The notes under the pieces were generated by a model. The model had not been told where the DNA came from, did no database searches, and saw only the letters and a list, made by a program, of their open reading frames with translations. A stretch of DNA of 55,181 nucleotides, taken from the NCBI GenBank assembly GCA_001642005.1, contig LWCA01000099.1, positions 1-55,181 on the forward strand. Direction: 5' to 3'. Within the stretch, counting starts at the first letter, position 1; every line of letters starts with the position of its first letter. Below are positions 52,631 through 55,181 of the stretch, piece after piece. The translations under genes and the position numbers were made by a program. The DNA is from Intoshia linei. Its lineage: Eukaryota; Animalia; Orthonectida.

Positions 52631-53800
52631 TTATTCATCGCTGAGAAGGTAATGCCATTCTGAAATAAGTTGACCAACCGAAAGCTTTACTGCCCTATTC
52701 CAATGATTCATTTCACTTTCGCCGCTATTTCCAACGACTAAATTATAAAAACCTTTTAAAAATTTACTTGTTACCATTTCCCATAGCTATCCACCCAATT
52801 ACATTCTTTCGACCTAGAGATTTTTTTTCAATTACAGTTATCATTAAAAGAGCATTTTCAATGTTTCTGTTGGCCAATTTTAACTGAAAACTTTCTTGGT
52901 AAATTGGATGTGCCTGTTTTTCGCATACTTCAGTTTTGCATTTTACAACTGGTTTCTCAGGTAAAATGTATTTTAACTTTACATACGTGTCTGAAAATAT
53001 TATATAGATTGGTTAAAAATAAAATTTACCGGGTTTTTCTTTCTTTATAACTTGTTGGAAATTATTTCCTCTAATTAAACCAACTTTTACTATTCCAGTT
53101 TTAATTGTGTACTTGATTTCTACTATAAAAAAATGGAAAATATAAAATCATATTACTCAAAACTTCTGGGTATCCACCATATAATAGTTTTCTTGATTCA
53201 CTCAATTTTACTGTGTTTATATTGTCTCGATACTAAAATATTAAATTAGTCGAGGGTCCTTACGGTTTTTAAAAAATCAATTTTTTACCAAATGAATGTG
53301 TAATATTCGAAAATCTTACCGCTAAATTGCTGATTGGTTCCATGTTTAAAGAATGAACGTCTTCAGAATTCCAATCAACATATTTTAACTTGATCATATG
53401 CTGACAAAACACACGTTTTTTGTGTATGATTGAACCAGTAACCGAGTATAATTTGAAAATTGTTGCTGATGTGTTTTCTTGATTATCTAAATTTTCATTC
53501 TATGTATACAATAATTATAAAAAATATTACTTGGACATTTAAAAAGTAATACTTCGTTCATTTCAATAGCTGTTGAATTGTCTGCTATTTTATTTGCCAG
53601 TTTGGTGGAGACTATGGGACTGTTGAATTCAGGTAAAAAAGATAACTCTGCAAAAAAATGTTTTGGCCCTCCTCTATCCACATTTGGTAGGTTTTCAATT
53701 GATAATATGCGAATGCCAAATGTTTTCTTTTTTATTTTGTCTCGGAAAAAGATTAGGTTTACAGTTCCACTAATTATACGTAAATGTAACACTTGATGCA
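52631..53800 (-). CDS. Tandem-C2 synaptotagmin-14/16-like protein; 5' end unresolved
   Basis: C2B GGYPEVL|VEIKYTIKTG..PDTYVKL..HPIYQESF..VIGWIAMG..NSGESEMNHWN..GQLISEWHYLLSDE* matches SYT14/16 'GWISLGLNSSGEEELNHW..GQQVCRWHALL'. Confidence 0.75.
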
Positions 53801-54559
53801 AAATTAAAAGTAAAATGTTTCCATTTTGTACTAAATCAGGGCACATGACAAGGTTATGTGTATATATCAGTTCCTAACCCTTATTTTTTTGGATCTCTAG
53901 CGGATAATACAATTGAAAATATTTGGGGTATATTTAAAATAGAATATATATAGTATATTCCCTATCATTCGAAATTTGAAAAACCGATCAATAAGAAACA
54001 TTAAAACTATACAAACTAAATACTTTAAAACAAATTCCCTTTTGTCTATTAAATTATAATAATAATTATGCGATATAAATAATTTATTGAACTATTCTTA
54101 TAGCTATATATACGTATTAAAGACGTAACATAATATATACGTAAGGATATGTAAAAAACAAGTCGTGTGTACCATTATTCGTGACCATAATGTTAAAAGT
54201 TTCCAAATTTACTACAATGCGCGACATAAGTCTTAGGCACCCTACACATTCTGATCAAAATCTATTATAAAATTAATAATTCTTAGATTTAACCTGAAAT
54301 TAAACCTTAGACAATTAAATTATGATCTCATAAACTGGTCCAGTGGTTCCCCAACTTTTTCTACCATGGACCACTTGTCACATAAAAAAATGTGTGTGGA
54401 CCACATAATTTTTTAAAAAAATCCCCTTAATCCTGAACACGTCACTAAAATAATATTTTGATTTTTTTATTATATATTCGTCCTTAAATCGAAAATTTTA
54501 CATTAATTTTGACAAGGTAGCTTAAATGTCGTAATTAAAAAAATTCCAAAAAAAATTAA

Positions 54560-55181
54560 ATTTAAAACATACTTATGGCGAACTACCAGTGCCGCATGCG
54601 AGATCCTTCCACCGAGAAATCTCGACGAAATTTTTTTTAAAATAGAGGCTTTAATTTACTAAGTTGAGCATTAAAAAAATTCCTGAATATCAACTCAAGA
54701 GTCTTAGATAAAGTTATATGACATTATAATTCGTTTATAAATTTTTTTAATGGGCTATTTTTCATTTTTGAATTGGCGACGGGTTTGCTAGGTTCAATTC
54801 CAGAGACTACAATCGAACTAAGTTAAATCGTTACATAGATTAAATTTAAGGCACGTGAAAATTATTCACGTTATTCAGTTATTCACGTTGACAGCTTTGG
54901 AGGTCAAACAACACTCGAATAATTGAAAAAATCCAATTTTGAGGACGGTGCAACGTGTATTATATAGATTTGGATTATATGAAAGAATTGCAAGTCGAAA
55001 ACCGTTTCTGAAACAAAAGTCACAGATCAAACCGTTTAAAACCGTAAACCGTAAATTAAATGGTGTAAAGCAAAAGTGGCATGAACAAACCAACGGCAAA
55101 ATGTAGCTTTTACTGATGAAAGTAGATTTTAATTGTTTTCAAAAAGGAGAGTATATGTACGAAGACCCAAAAAAACAAAGT
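54560..55181 (+). pseudogene. Tc1-like transposase pseudogene, truncated by window end
   Basis: RTVQRVLYRFGLYERIASRKPFL, then frameshifted NVAFTDESRF*LFSKRRVYVRR (Tc1 'V.FSDESKF' motif). Confidence 0.8.

Overview
Very AT-rich eukaryotic nuclear DNA using the standard genetic code, with mostly tiny (~30-60 nt) GT-AG introns plus kb-sized introns packed with DNA-transposon debris. Metazoan-type and ciliary genes suggest a genome-reduced ciliated animal; an orthonectid-like parasite such as Intoshia is an inference only. Spliced genes reconstructed by hand, in order: a LamG/EGF matrix protein, DEPDC1, WDR82, an N-terminally extended Elongin-C, PIG-B, PSMD14/Rpn11, two tandem sugar porters, a FGFR1OP2/SIKE-like gene, RPL10A, CFAP97D2-like, IQCG/DRC9, UROD, a small orphan gene and a SYT14/16-like gene. 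There are three tRNA genes (2x intron-containing Tyr-GTA, Thr-TGT) and many hAT, Harbinger, Tc1/pogo, foldback-like and Helitron-like relics, several nested. The most notable signal is a uL1-binding-type hairpin between two alternative 5' splice sites in RPL10A, a candidate AS-NMD autoregulatory switch. Others are convergent genes whose stop codons abut (0, 8 and 22 bp gaps), an operon-like WDR82-ELOC junction and an unexplained G-U-rich foldback region that may be a structured RNA. All homology calls are from recalled motifs, not database searches.
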